Below, piece after piece: positions 34,501-46,576 of a stretch of DNA of 64,000 nt. Source of the stretch: Tubulanus polymorphus (Eukaryota > Animalia > Nemertea); assembly GCF_964204645.1 (NCBI RefSeq), contig NW_027437435.1, positions 62,001-126,000 of the forward strand. The letters run 5' to 3'. Position 1 is the first letter of the stretch, and the number at the start of each line of letters is the position of its first letter. Below the pieces are notes generated by a model, which saw only the letters and a program-made list of their open reading frames with translations, did no database searches and had not been told where the DNA came from. Both the position numbers and the translations under genes were made by a program.

Positions 34501-37500
34501 CTATCGGAAAAACGACAATGTCGATGCGTAAAAGCGCTCAAATCGTCAGGAAAAGCACTTTTCGACGCGAAAACGTAGTTCAGCGCGAGAAAAGACGTTT
34601 TCGTATCGAATATTCGCCCTATCGTAAAAACGACAATGCCGATGCGTAAAAGCGCTCAAATCGTCAGGAAAAGCACTTTTCGATGCGAAAACGTCGTTCA
34701 GCGCGAGAAAAGACCTTTTCGTATCGAATATTCCCCCTATCGGAAAAACGACAATGTCGATGCGTAAAAGCGCTCAAATCGTCAGGAAAAGCACTTTTCG
34801 ACGCGAAAACGTCGCTCAGCGCGAGAAAAGACGTTTTCGTATGGAATATTCGCCCTATCGTAAAAACGACAATGCCGATGCGTAAAATCGCTCAAATCGT
34901 CAGGAAAAGCACTTTTCGACGCGAAAACGTCGTTCAGCGCGAGAAAAGACCTTTTCGTATCGAATATTCCCCCTATCGGAAAAACGACAATGTCGATGCG
35001 TAAAAGCGCTCAAATCGTAAGGAAAAGCACTTTTCGACCCGAAAACGTAGTTCAGCGCGAGAAAAGTCGTTTTCGTATCGAATATTCTCACTATCGGTAA
35101 AACGACAATGTCGATGCGTAAAAGCGCTCAAATCGTCAGGAAAAGCACTTTTCGACGCGAAAACGTAGTTCAGCGCGAGAAAAGACGTTTTCTTATCGAA
35201 TATTCCCCCTATCGGAAAAACGACAATGTCGATGCGTAAAAGCGCTCAAATCGTCAGGAAAAGCACTTTTCGACGCGAAAACGTCGCTCAGCGCGAGAAA
35301 AGACGTTTTCGTATCGCATATTCGCCCTATCGTAAAAACGACAATGCCGATGCGTAAAAGCGCTCAAATCGTCAGGAAAAGCACTTTTCGACGCGAAAAC
35401 GTCGTTCAGCACGAGAAAAGACGTTTTCTTATCGTATATTCCCCCTATCGGAAAAACAACAATGTCGATGCGTAAAAGCGCTCAAATCGTCAGGAAAAGC
35501 ACTTTTCGACGCGAAAACGTCGCTCAGCGCGAGAAAAGACGTTTTCTTTTCGAATATTCCCCCTATCGGAAAAACGACAATGCCGATGCGTAAAAGCGCT
35601 CAAATCGTCAGGAAAAGCACTTTTCGACGCGAAAACGTCGTTTAGCGCGAGAAAAGACGTTTTCGTGTCGAATATTCTCCCTATCGGAAAAACGACAATG
35701 TCGATGCGTAAAAGCGCTCAAATCGTCAGGAAAAGCACTTTTCGACGCGAAAACGTCGCTCAGCGCGAGAAAAGACGTTTTCTTTTCGAATATTCCCCCT
35801 ATCGGAAAAACGACAATGCCGATGCGTAAAAGCGCTCAAATCGTCAGGAAAAGCACTTTTCGACGCGAAAACGTCGCTCAGCGCGAGAAAAGACGTTTTC
35901 TTTTCGAATATTCCCCCTATCGGAAAAACGACAATGCCGATGCGTAAAAGCGCTCAAATCGTCAGGAAAAGCACTTTTCGACGCGAAAATGTCGCTCAGC
36001 GCGAGAAAAGACGTTTTCTTTTCGAATATTCCCCCTATCGGAAAAACGACAATGCCGATGCGTAAAAGCGCTCAAATCGTCAGGAAAAGCACTTTTCGAC
36101 GCGAAAACGTCGCTCAGCGCGAGAAAAGACGTTTTCGTGTCGAATATTCTCCCTATCGGTAAACAACAATGTCGATGCGTAAAAGCGCTCAAATCGTCAG
36201 GAAAAGCACTTTTCGACGCGAAAACGTCGTTCGGCGCGAGAAAAGACGTTTTCTTATCGAATATTCCCCCTATCGGTAAAACGACAATGTCGATGCGTAG
36301 AAGCGCTCAAATCGTCAGGAAAAGCACTTTTCGACCCGAAAACGTCGTTTAGCGCGAGAAAAGACGTTTTCGTGTCGAATATTCTCCCTATCGGTAAAAC
36401 GACAATGTCGATGCGTAAAAGCGCTCAAATCGTCAGGAAAAGCACTTTTCGACGCGAAAACGTCGCTCAGCGCGAGAAAAGACGTTTTCGTATCGAATAT
36501 TCCCCCTATCGGAAAAACGACAATGTCGATGCGTAAAAGCGCTCAAATCGTCAGGAAAAGCACTTTTCGACCCGAAAACGTCGTTCAGCGCGAGAAAAGT
36601 CGTTTTCGTATCGAATATTCTCACTATCGGTAAAACGACAATGTCGATGCTTAAAAGCGCTCAAATCGTCAGGAAAAGCACTTTTCGACGCGAAAACGTC
36701 GTTCAGCGCGAGAAAAGACGTTTTCGTGTCGAATATTCCCCCTATCGGTAAAACGACAATGTCGATGCGTAAAAGCGCTCAAATCGTCAGGAAAAGCACT
36801 TTTCGACGCGAAAACGTAGTTCAGCGCGAGAAAAGACGTTTTCTTATCAAATATTCCCCCTATCGGAAAAACGACAATGTCGATGCGTAAAAGCGCTCAA
36901 ATCGTCAGGAAAAGCACTTTTCGACGCGAAAACGTCGTTCAGCGCGAGAAAAGACGTTTTCTTTTCGAATATTCCCCCTATCGGAAAAACGACAATGTCG
37001 ATGCGTAAAAGCGCTCAAATCGTCAGGAAAAGCACTTTTCGACGCGAAAACGTCGTTCAGCGCGAGAAAAGACGTTTTCTTTTCGAATATTCCCCCTATC
37101 GGAAAAACGACAATGTCGATGCGTAAAAGCGCTCAAATCGTCAGGAAAAGCACTTTTCGACGCGAAAACGTCGTTCAGCGCGAGAAAAGACGTTTTCGTA
37201 TCGAATATTCCCCCTATCGGAAAAACGACAATGCCGATGCGTAAAAGCGCTCAAATCGTCAGGAAAAGCACTTTTCGACGCGAAAACGTCGTTTAGCGCG
37301 AGAAAAGACGTTTTCGTGTCGAATATTCTCCCTATCGGTAAAACGACAATGTCGATGCGTAAAAGCGCTCAAATCGTCAGGAAAAGCACTTTTCGACGCG
37401 AAAACGTCGCTCAGCGCGAGAAAAGACGTTTTCGTATCGAATATTCCCCCTATCGGAAAAACGACAATGCCGATGCGTAAAAGCGCTCAAATCGTCAGGA

Positions 37501-38327
37501 AAAGCACTTTTCGACGCGAAAACGTCGTTCAGCGCGAGAAAAGACGTTTTCGTATCGAATATTCCCCCTATCGGTAAAACGACAATGTCGATGCGTAAAA
37601 GCGCTCAAATCGTCAGGAAAAGCACTTTTCGACGCGAAAACGTCGTTCGGCGCGAGAAAAGACGTTTTCGTATTGAATATTCTCCCTATCGGAAAAACGA
37701 CAATGTCGATGCGTAAAAGCGCTCAAATCGTCAGGAAAAGCACTTTTCGACGCGAAAACGTCGCTCAGCGCGAGAAAAGACGTTTTCGTATGGAATATTC
37801 GCCCTACCGTAAAAACGACAATGCCGATGCGTAAAAGCGCTCAAATCGTCAGGAAAAGCACTTTTCGACGCGAAAACGTCGTTCAGCGCGAGAAAAGACC
37901 TTTTCGTATCGAATATTCCCCCTATCGGAAAAACGACAATGTCGATGCGTAAAAGCGCTCAAATCGTCAGGAAAAGCACTTTTCGACCCGAAAACGTCGT
38001 TCAGCGCGAGAAAAGTCGTTTTCGTATCGAATATTCTCACTATCGGTAAAACGACAATGTCGATGCGAAAAAACGCTCAAATCGTCAGGAAAAGCACTTT
38101 TCGACGCGAAAACGTCGTTCAGCGCGAGAAAAGACGTTTTCGTGTCGAATATTCTCCCTATCGGTAAAACGACAATGTCGATGCGTAAAAGCGCTCAAAT
38201 CGTCAGGAAAAGCACTTTTCGACGCGAAAACGTCGCTCAGCGCGAGAAAAGACGTTTTCTTATCGAATATTCCCCCTATCGGAAAAACGACAATGTCGAT
38301 GCGTAAAAGCGCTCAAATCGTCAGGAA
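31522..38327. repeat. 118-bp satellite array, middle block (~58 monomers)
   Basis: Same monomer and orientation as the left block. Confidence 0.99.
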
Positions 38328-38695
38328 TACTCGCGAAACTCATAAAAATGAAAAATTAATTCTCACACGCTCGAATTAATTTTTCATTTTTATGAGTTTC
38401 ACTCCTAATTCAAGTAGAAATTGTAATTATTTTTATGTTTTTCATTTTTTACTCACCCGCCCGTTCAACCTTAAGCTTGAAAGCCTATTATCCCTATTAC
38501 TCTTAAAATATTCATATATATGAATAACATTTAAATCATTGAACTTCTAAAATCAATTTTAATAAAAAATATAGTATTAAAATGGAAGCAAATAAGTACT
38601 ACTGCCCAACATGTAATATCGATATAGATAAATCCCAAAAAGCAAGACGCAATAAAACTAGAACACATTTAGAGAATAAATTGAAACTAGAATAT
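38328..38695 (+). repeat. Left TIR remnant (368 bp; outer 94 bp missing)
   Basis: Reverse complement of 56256-56623 with 3 substitutions seen. Contains a perfect 28-bp stem with 10-nt loop (38335-38400) and the first 38 codons of pPolB. Confidence 0.93.
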
Positions 38696-41600
38696 AAAGA
38701 TGATATATTAGAAACTAAATTAGAAGAATTAAAGGATGAAAAAGAAACATACAAATGTGATACATGTAATCAATCATTCAGCGATAAAAGATATTATAAT
38801 GAACATTTAAAATCTAAAAGTCATATTAGAAATAAGAATAATGATATTTTAGGTGAAGATTATTTTGATAATGATAACGATAAGAAACAGAAGACAATTA
38901 AAAGAATAAAAAATAAATTAAACAATAAAAGACCATACATGGAAGATGTAAGAAATTATATTAATTCATTAGATAATAAAAAAGATATAGAGATAACCGA
39001 AGCATTTAAAAGTGATATTGGTCCAGCAGCTATCGAGTTTAAATTTCATAAAGGAAAAACAATAGAAGAAAATAAAAAACATTTAGAAAATATGAAAGAA
39101 ATAATAAAAATGATTACAAACGTAGAATATCCAAAAATTAGTATATCAGTTAAAGTAAAGTTTATAAAATCTGAAGATAAACCAATATATAATATAAATT
39201 CTCATTCACAACATATTATATCTAAACAACATATAGATGATAAATTAAATAAATGTTATAATGAAATAAAAACTAAAATAGAAGAGAAATATTTTGAAGG
39301 ATCTGGTTTAATATTTGATGAGATAATATTTATAACTTTACATGTTTATAACACAAAATATAATAAGTTAACTAAATCAAAACCAATTGATGAAAATAAT
39401 TTATCATATTATAAAGATGATAGTATAAATGGAACAAGTTATATTAAACTACCATTTAAAACTAATGGTGTAATAAATATACAAAATTTTGATAATAAAT
39501 GTTTTATATGGGCTATAATAAGTTGTTTACACCCAGTTGAAGATTATAAACAACATAGTTTTAGATTAACTCATTATAAACAATTTGAAAATAATTATAA
39601 GATAGATAAGTATCCTGTTAGAATTAAAAATATTCCAAAAATAGAAAGAGATAATAATATAAAGATAAATGTATTTGATTTAATCAAATTACCAAATACA
39701 AAAGGAAATAATATTAAACATTATACATTAGAACCTTTATACCTATCAAAAGATTATGATTCAAATGATGTTATAGATATACTATATTATGAGAATCATT
39801 ATATGTGGATTAAACAAATAGATTTATTTTTTAGAACAGAAAGTGATCACCATAATAAAATATATCTATGTAGAAAATGTTTACATAAATTTAGTAATGA
39901 AAGTACATTATTAAATCATAAACAACTATGTGATAATCATGATTATTGTAAATTAGTTTTACCAAATGAAAAGGATAAAATATTAGAATTCAAAAAAAAT
40001 GATTACAAAAATAAAGTACCATTTGTAATATATGGAGATTTTGAATCATTAAATAAAGAATTAACAGATAAAGATAGAAAAGATATATATTATAAAAGAA
40101 AGAAATTAAATTCTAATGAAAGTGATTATTCAGATGAACCACCAATAACAAATACTATTAAAAAGATTCATCAATCAGCTGCAGCTTTCGGGTTATATAT
40201 TAAATCTGATTATCCAGAACTAATCGAAAGTGAATATTATAATTATAGAAATGAAAATGTTATCAATCATTTTTGTGACTTATTAATTGAATATGAAATA
40301 AGATTTAGTAAATTATTGAATACAAATATAGAAATTATAATGACAGAAGAAGATAAAGAAGTATTTGCGTTTGCAGATAAATGTTATTATTGTGAAAAGA
40401 TATTTAATTATAAAGATAAAAAAGTAAGAGACCATGATCATTTGAATGGAAAGTTTAGAGGCGCTGCACATGAGAATTGTAACTTACAAGCTAAGAAAAT
40501 TAACTTTATACCAGTTATATTTCATAATCTATCAGGATATGATGCACATTTATTTATCAAACAGCTATGTTATAAAATAGAAGAAATCAATAATGAAATA
40601 GAAATATTAAATTCAAATAGATCAAAAGATAAAATACCAACTTATAAATTTAGAATGTTAGCTAAAACATCTGAGAATTATATATCATTCCAATTTGGTT
40701 GTCTAAGATTTATAGATTCATATAGATTTTTAAGTAGTTCATTAGATAACTTATCAAAATCATTAGTTGATGATGAATTAAAGATATTAAAAGAATATGA
40801 CCCAAATAATGATGATTTTAAATTAATGAGATATAAAGGAGTAATTCCATATTCTTTCTATAAAAATCATAATGATTTTAAAATAACTGAATTATTAAAA
40901 GAACAATTCTATGATGAATTAAAAAATGAATATGTTAAAGATGAAGTCTATAATAGAACATTGAATATTTGGAATCATTTCAAAATAGAAAATCACGGGC
41001 AATTAGTAGATTTATATTTAAAATCAGATGTATTATTATTAACCGATATATTCGAAAGGTTTAGAGATGTAAACCTAAAATATTTCAATATTGATCCTTG
41101 TCATTGTTATTCATCACCAGGATTAACATGGGATTGTGGATTAAAATTTACAGATATAAAAATGGATTTGTTAACAAATATAGATCAATTACTATTATTT
41201 GAAAAATCTATAAGAGGAGGTGTTTCAGGTGTATTGGGTGATAGATATTTCAATGTAAATGATAATCCTGGATATAAATTATTATACATAGATGCAAATA
41301 ATCTTTATGGTTGGGCAATGATGGAACCACAACCTTATGGGATGTTTGAAATAACTGAAGTTTTACAAATTGATAAATTTGATTGGAAGAAAAGAATCCT
41401 AGATATTGCAGATGATTCAGATATTGATTACTTCTTCGTTGTAGATTTAGAATACCCTGAAAATATTAAATTCAAATCTAGAAATCTAGCATATTTTCCC
41501 GAACATAAAACTGTTAAACATGAAGAATTATCAAATTATCAAAAAATAATTAAACCTGATAATCATATTCATACTGAAAAGTTAATGGTAACTCAAGAAG

Positions 41601-42616
41601 ATAAATATAATTACGTTGTGCATTATAGAATGTTGAAGTTTTATTTGAGACAAAGAATGATATTAAAAAAAGTACATAGATATATTTCATTCAGTCAATC
41701 TAAATGGTTAGAAAAATATATAGATTTTAATACTACACAGAGAACTAAATCTAAAACTGATTTTGAGAAGGATTTTTTTAAGTTAATGAATAATGCATTC
41801 TATGGAAAAACTTGTGAAAACATAAGAAATAGAAATGATATTGAGTTAGTTAGTAATGGTAAAAGGATAAGGTATTTACAATCATATCCTAAGTTTATAG
41901 GTAACAGAATATTTGATGAAAATTTAGCAGCAGTTAATATGAGAAGAACTTCAATGAAATTTAATAAACCGATTTATGTTGGAGCTGCAGTTTTAGAAAT
42001 TTCAAAGCTATTGATGTATGAATTCTATTATAACGTATTACAACCTCATTTTGGAGAAAAACATATAGAAATCTTATATTTTGATACAGATTCTTACATA
42101 TTAAAGATAAAAACTGATAATATAACAGATGATTTAAAAACATTAAAACATCATTTTGATTTCAGTAACTATCCTAAAGATCATGAATTGTTTAGCAATG
42201 ATAATAAAAAAGTTCCCGGTAAATTCAAAGATGAATTAGGTGGTGAAGAAATGATAGAGTTCATAGGTATTAGATCTAAAATGTATTCATATAAAACTAA
42301 AGAACATGAAGCTAAAAAGTTAAAAGGAATAACCAAAAGCGTTGTTGAAAAGAATATTCATTTTAAAGATTACATCAATTGTATATTTAATGAAGAAGTT
42401 AGAAAACATAAGATGAAATGTTTAAGATCTGAAGATCATGAAATGTATATTGAAGAGATAGAGAAGATAAGTCTAAACCCATTTGATGATAAAAGATATA
42501 TTTTAGATGATGGAATCCACACAGTCGCCTATGGTTGCAATTTAGATGAATATATAAAATTCAAAAGAGAAGAAACAAAAAAAAATGAGATTATGAAAAG
42601 GATTCTAGCGTGTTAA
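38582..42616 (+). CDS. polB: Protein-primed family B DNA polymerase with N-terminal C2H2 fingers and inserted endonuclease VII-like domain
   Basis: Exonuclease motifs YGDFES, FHNLSGYD and FIDSYRF; polymerase motifs YIDANNLYGWAM, KLMNNAFYGK and YFDTDS; CYYC..VRDHDHLNGKFRGAAHENCN insert. Uninterrupted 1344 aa. Confidence 0.97.
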   Translation: MEANKYYCPTCNIDIDKSQKARRNKTRTHLENKLKLEYKDDILETKLEELKDEKETYKCDTCNQSFSDKRYYNEHLKSKSHIRNKNNDILGEDYFDNDNDKKQKTIKRIKNKLNNKRPYMEDVRNYINSLDNKKDIEITEAFKSDIGPAAIEFKFHKGKTIEENKKHLENMKEIIKMITNVEYPKISISVKVKFIKSEDKPIYNINSHSQHIISKQHIDDKLNKCYNEIKTKIEEKYFEGSGLIFDEIIFITLHVYNTKYNKLTKSKPIDENNLSYYKDDSINGTSYIKLPFKTNGVINIQNFDNKCFIWAIISCLHPVEDYKQHSFRLTHYKQFENNYKIDKYPVRIKNIPKIERDNNIKINVFDLIKLPNTKGNNIKHYTLEPLYLSKDYDSNDVIDILYYENHYMWIKQIDLFFRTESDHHNKIYLCRKCLHKFSNESTLLNHKQLCDNHDYCKLVLPNEKDKILEFKKNDYKNKVPFVIYGDFESLNKELTDKDRKDIYYKRKKLNSNESDYSDEPPITNTIKKIHQSAAAFGLYIKSDYPELIESEYYNYRNENVINHFCDLLIEYEIRFSKLLNTNIEIIMTEEDKEVFAFADKCYYCEKIFNYKDKKVRDHDHLNGKFRGAAHENCNLQAKKINFIPVIFHNLSGYDAHLFIKQLCYKIEEINNEIEILNSNRSKDKIPTYKFRMLAKTSENYISFQFGCLRFIDSYRFLSSSLDNLSKSLVDDELKILKEYDPNNDDFKLMRYKGVIPYSFYKNHNDFKITELLKEQFYDELKNEYVKDEVYNRTLNIWNHFKIENHGQLVDLYLKSDVLLLTDIFERFRDVNLKYFNIDPCHCYSSPGLTWDCGLKFTDIKMDLLTNIDQLLLFEKSIRGGVSGVLGDRYFNVNDNPGYKLLYIDANNLYGWAMMEPQPYGMFEITEVLQIDKFDWKKRILDIADDSDIDYFFVVDLEYPENIKFKSRNLAYFPEHKTVKHEELSNYQKIIKPDNHIHTEKLMVTQEDKYNYVVHYRMLKFYLRQRMILKKVHRYISFSQSKWLEKYIDFNTTQRTKSKTDFEKDFFKLMNNAFYGKTCENIRNRNDIELVSNGKRIRYLQSYPKFIGNRIFDENLAAVNMRRTSMKFNKPIYVGAAVLEISKLLMYEFYYNVLQPHFGEKHIEILYFDTDSYILKIKTDNITDDLKTLKHHFDFSNYPKDHELFSNDNKKVPGKFKDELGGEEMIEFIGIRSKMYSYKTKEHEAKKLKGITKSVVEKNIHFKDYINCIFNEEVRKHKMKCLRSEDHEMYIEEIEKISLNPFDDKRYILDDGIHTVAYGCNLDEYIKFKREETKKNEIMKRILAC

Positions 42617-42644
42617 TCAATTTCAATAAAAATTTGTATAATAA

Positions 42645-42986
42645 ATGGAGAGTAAACAAGTACACAGTGAATTCTTAGATAGAATTAAAGATACTTCAAG
42701 CGTCAAATCTGTAGATTATAAATTTAAAAAACTAACTGAGTTAACAATTCACAAGAAATATTTAATTACTAACATTGAAACAATTACTAATAAATATGGA
42801 GATAAATTAGTAATTCATTTAGAATATGAAGGATTAAAAGGAAATAAATATAAATTCAGAACTTATTTACCAGATAGATTTCATAGATTATCAAGTGAAG
42901 ATTTAGAAGAATTATGTTCTGGAGATTTCTATTTCGTATACAAAGGTAAGAATGAAAAAGGGCACCATGAAATAGATTTCGAATAA
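42645..42986 (+). CDS. Small Maverick protein, possibly OB-fold ssDNA-binding
   Basis: 113-aa ORF with TAAATG start directly after pPolB. Beta-rich pattern (TNKYGDKLVI, TYLPDRF, FVYKG). The fold is a guess. Confidence 0.5.
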   Translation: MESKQVHSEFLDRIKDTSSVKSVDYKFKKLTELTIHKKYLITNIETITNKYGDKLVIHLEYEGLKGNKYKFRTYLPDRFHRLSSEDLEELCSGDFYFVYKGKNEKGHHEIDFE

Positions 42987-43003
42987 GAAAATATGTAAAA
43001 TAA

Positions 43004-43759
43004 ATGGTGGAATTAAAAGAATACAGAATATTTGTTGATTCTAGAAAACTTACAAATTATAAATCTCATAATTTATTAGTACAATTAGATAGATAATTTA
43101 AGAATTGTGTAGATTTAAAATTAGTTAATATAAGTTTATGTAATTCTTTTCATAATATATCGAATAAAAGTCTTGATCATTTAGCTTTTAAAATTTATGT
43201 TAGAAATTTGAATAAATGGTTTCATCTTTATCTAAAACCAGGATTATATAATTTAGAAACATTAGCGCAAGAAATTAATAAAAGAGCTCGTTTAAAAATG
43301 GGCTCAGCTGCTCGATTTGAAATTAAATTCATCAAAAGTGATAGTTCGAATAAAATAAGAATAAAGTTAACTAATGAACAACATAGATTTCTAGTAAGAA
43401 AACCTTTAGCTAAACTGTTTGGAATTCTTCCGGATAGACATTATTCAAATATTGATACTTATACAAATATAATACCTTTTACACATTTTTATATTTATTG
43501 CAATTTAATCGATCCTACAAAAACATTTGAAGCAACTAAAGATACAACATGTAATTCTAGTATATTAAATATTTTACCATTAAAAAATGTTAAACAATTT
43601 GGAACGCAAATAAATTATGATTTAGCTGAATGTGATTTCAAACCTTGTATTCCTCAATTTAATAATTTTAAATTAGAAATAAGAAATCATAATGGATACT
43701 TAATTGATTTGAATAACTTTCCTGTAATTTATGAATTAGTTATAAGATGTAAAGAGTAA
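43004..43759 (+). pseudogene. Minor capsid (penton-like) gene with premature TAA at 43094-43096
   Basis: TAAATG start at 43004 is in frame with ORF 43208-43759. Motifs NSFHNI, KPGLYN, FYIYCNLI and LEIRNHNGYLIDLNNFPV resemble Polinton pentons. Confidence 0.7.
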
Positions 43760-43775
43760 TTTTTCACCTATATAA

Positions 43776-44120
43776 ATGAATATAACTGTTGGACCGAGTA
43801 TATGTTTTGGGTTTGATTTTAAACGTGAGAAAGAAATGAAATTTAACATTACTGATGTAATAATACATATCAAAAATATTGCATTTTCTAATGAAACAAC
43901 ATTTGAGTATGAAACAACAATAGATAAAGAAACTTTTAATATAGAAAAGATTACCGAATCTTTAAGATTTTATGAATTAGATGAAGATTTTATAATCGAT
44001 GATATTAAAAAAATAATAATTGAAATATATACAAATGAAACTAGTAATAAAATAAATGTTGAATTAATCATAAATAAGTTAACTAAATATTTTGATGATA
44101 GTAATTTTTTTGATAAATAA
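43776..44120 (+). CDS. Hypothetical Maverick protein
   Basis: 114-aa ORF, TAAATG start, tightly packed in the gene block. Confidence 0.7.
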   Translation: MNITVGPSICFGFDFKREKEMKFNITDVIIHIKNIAFSNETTFEYETTIDKETFNIEKITESLRFYELDEDFIIDDIKKIIIEIYTNETSNKINVELIINKLTKYFDDSNFFDK

Positions 44121-44342
44121 ATGAGTGATAATAAGTGGATAATAACTGGATTATATAATGGCGCATTACTATCAGTTGGAACTGTTGGTTATTCAATGGT
44201 ATTAAAAAAAGTATTCAAAATGGGAAGTGTTAATGTTGATAGATTTGATATAAATGATATTTTAAAATTAACATTAGCAGTTACTTTATCTAATTTAACT
44301 ATTGATTATTTGGAAAAACAAAAATATATTCCTCCCATATAA
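44121..44342 (+). CDS. Small hydrophobic Maverick protein
   Basis: 73 aa; the stop of the previous gene forms TAAATG; two hydrophobic segments. Confidence 0.7.
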   Translation: MSDNKWIITGLYNGALLSVGTVGYSMVLKKVFKMGSVNVDRFDINDILKLTLAVTLSNLTIDYLEKQKYIPPI

Positions 44343-44366
44343 ATGCATAATTTTTTTGTTAAATAA

Positions 44367-44789
44367 ATGGCTTCTGCAATTATAACTATTATAGGATCGG
44401 CAATTGTTAACGCTTTAGCATTTACTGGTGGTGGATATTTATTTAAACATATTGATAAAAATAGTTCATTAGGAGAACAAAGAAGACATAACTTAGCGTT
44501 AGAGAAATACAATAAAGCTGCAGAAGAATATAGAGAAAAGAGACAAAACTATATGGATTACATCAATAAAGAATTATATGATCAGAAGATTTCACATAGA
44601 GATTTTCAATCAGTTGATGATGCAATGAGTTTATATAACGCAGTAACAAATAAAGAAAAATTACATCTATACAAACCTAAATTATCAGATTATTATACCC
44701 CAAGTAAAGAACAACAGAAATATGAAATAATTTGGATTTTAGGTGGAACAGTTATTGTTATATTTATTGCTTATAAGTTTACTAATTAG
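44367..44789 (+). CDS. Maverick membrane protein (hydrophobic N- and C-termini, central coiled coil)
   Basis: 140 aa, TAAATG start, MASAIITIIGSAIVNALAF...IIWILGGTVIVIFIAY. Confidence 0.8.
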   Translation: MASAIITIIGSAIVNALAFTGGGYLFKHIDKNSSLGEQRRHNLALEKYNKAAEEYREKRQNYMDYINKELYDQKISHRDFQSVDDAMSLYNAVTNKEKLHLYKPKLSDYYTPSKEQQKYEIIWILGGTVIVIFIAYKFTN

Positions 44790-44807
44790 TAATTTTTTTC
44801 TAAATAA

Positions 44808-45242
44808 ATGGAAGATAAAGTTGATAGTATTGATATTATTCCTCATGATATAAATAAAACTAAATTAAAAACATATTTAGAAAAACAAATATTAGAATTT
44901 GAAAGTGACTTAAAGATAAAAAAGAAAAAATATTTAAAAAGTAAAATTATATATTATTTGATTATAAGTGGTTCGGTTACAATTAGTTCTGTGATAACAT
45001 TTTTAGCAATATTCAGCCCATTAACACCTTTGGCTATATCAATTGGTGTATTAGGATTAAGTTCAAGTGTTTTAACTGGTATAAGTTCAAAATTAAATAT
45101 AAAAAGTAATAAAGAAAAAAATAAAACTAATATAAAAGAAATTAATAGATTAAAGAATACACTAGATTATATAATAAGTTTAAATGGTCATATAACAGTT
45201 GAAGAACAAGATAAATTATTAAAAGAATTAATAAATTATTAA
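44808..45242 (+). CDS. Maverick two-TM protein
   Basis: 144 aa, TAAATG start, hydrophobic hairpin IIYYLIISG...ISIGVLGLSSSVL. Confidence 0.75.
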   Translation: MEDKVDSIDIIPHDINKTKLKTYLEKQILEFESDLKIKKKKYLKSKIIYYLIISGSVTISSVITFLAIFSPLTPLAISIGVLGLSSSVLTGISSKLNIKSNKEKNKTNIKEINRLKNTLDYIISLNGHITVEEQDKLLKELINY

Positions 45243-45258
45243 TTTTTTAGTTATATAA

Positions 45259-46560
45259 ATGGGGTTTCCAAAAGCTTTCCAATATAATAAATCAATTAAA
45301 TATAATATTCCAGCAATAGATTTTAAGAAAAATATTATATATAAAAATGTAGTTTTAAATTCATTAACTAATTTAGAAATTTATGTTAATGAATCACAGT
45401 TTTTTATTTCTAAAATGGAAAATATATTTAATACATATGAAGTTACTTTTACTCGAGATGAATATCATATATATAAAGTAAAATCTAATATGAAATATTG
45501 GCAGAATCAATTAAATTTTGCTGTTTATTGTGCAACAACAGGATGTGGAATTAGTTGGAATGATCATTTAAATAACTTAGATAAAAATTTGAAGTATTCT
45601 GATTTAAAATTAATTCACACAATATTTAGATTTCACACATATTTTCAAATCAGAATAATATTAAATGAATTAGAATGTCCATTACCCGGGTCTAAATATT
45701 TTAAAGAATTGGATAATAATATTAATCTATCTAAGTTTTATAAAATATGTAATGAATTTAATATAAATATTAATTCCGATTTTAGAGCGCATGGTAAATT
45801 GCAAGGTGTTGGTGAAGAGTTTGAAATAAAAAGAATTGATTATATGCAAAGAATTTCAGCTTATCATAATTATAAAATTGATAATAATAATGGTTGGGTT
45901 ACTTTCATTTTAGAAAATGGTGAAGGTTTTACAAAATCAGGTATACAAAGAATAAATCAATCTATTAGAACTTATTTAATTTGTATTCTAGGCGCTCAAG
46001 TTGAAACAAGATCCCCAATAATTGGAAATGATAACACTTCATTCGATGCGCAGAAACAATTTAAAGTTTTATTTGAAGATTCAATTCATAATGATAAAAA
46101 TAGATCGATTCCAGAAAACATTATAAGATATCAAAATTATTTAGATAAATCTCATGTAAGACTTAATTATTGTATAGGCCCTAATCTATTAATTATTTCT
46201 AATGATTTAGTATTAAAGATGGGAAACATAATTGGTTATAATAATCTAATTAAAACTGCAACAATAAATAATTCATTTGGATTAAATGATATAAATAAAA
46301 AGATTATTACTGCTCCAAAATTAATGGAAGGTGAAAAAAATAAAAAACATATTCAATCAACTGAAACTAAAACTAAGAATATCAAATTAAATAATGATTC
46401 TAAAATAAAAGATTACAATACATCAGAAAATATTAAAACTGATAATATTCAACATGATATAATTAAACTAAATGATGATAATAAATCCCATGAAAATACT
46501 AAATTAGCTATAACTTGTATAGGAATTGTAATCGGAGGAATATTATATTTTAAATTTTAA
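45259..46560 (+). CDS. Maverick protein of unknown function with C-terminal membrane anchor
   Basis: 433 aa, TAAATG start, YWQNQLNFAVYCATTGCGIS motif, tail LAITCIGIVIGGILYF. Confidence 0.85.
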   Translation: MGFPKAFQYNKSIKYNIPAIDFKKNIIYKNVVLNSLTNLEIYVNESQFFISKMENIFNTYEVTFTRDEYHIYKVKSNMKYWQNQLNFAVYCATTGCGISWNDHLNNLDKNLKYSDLKLIHTIFRFHTYFQIRIILNELECPLPGSKYFKELDNNINLSKFYKICNEFNININSDFRAHGKLQGVGEEFEIKRIDYMQRISAYHNYKIDNNNGWVTFILENGEGFTKSGIQRINQSIRTYLICILGAQVETRSPIIGNDNTSFDAQKQFKVLFEDSIHNDKNRSIPENIIRYQNYLDKSHVRLNYCIGPNLLIISNDLVLKMGNIIGYNNLIKTATINNSFGLNDINKKIITAPKLMEGEKNKKHIQSTETKTKNIKLNNDSKIKDYNTSENIKTDNIQHDIIKLNDDNKSHENTKLAITCIGIVIGGILYFKF

Positions 46561-46576
46561 TTTTTTTATTATGTAA

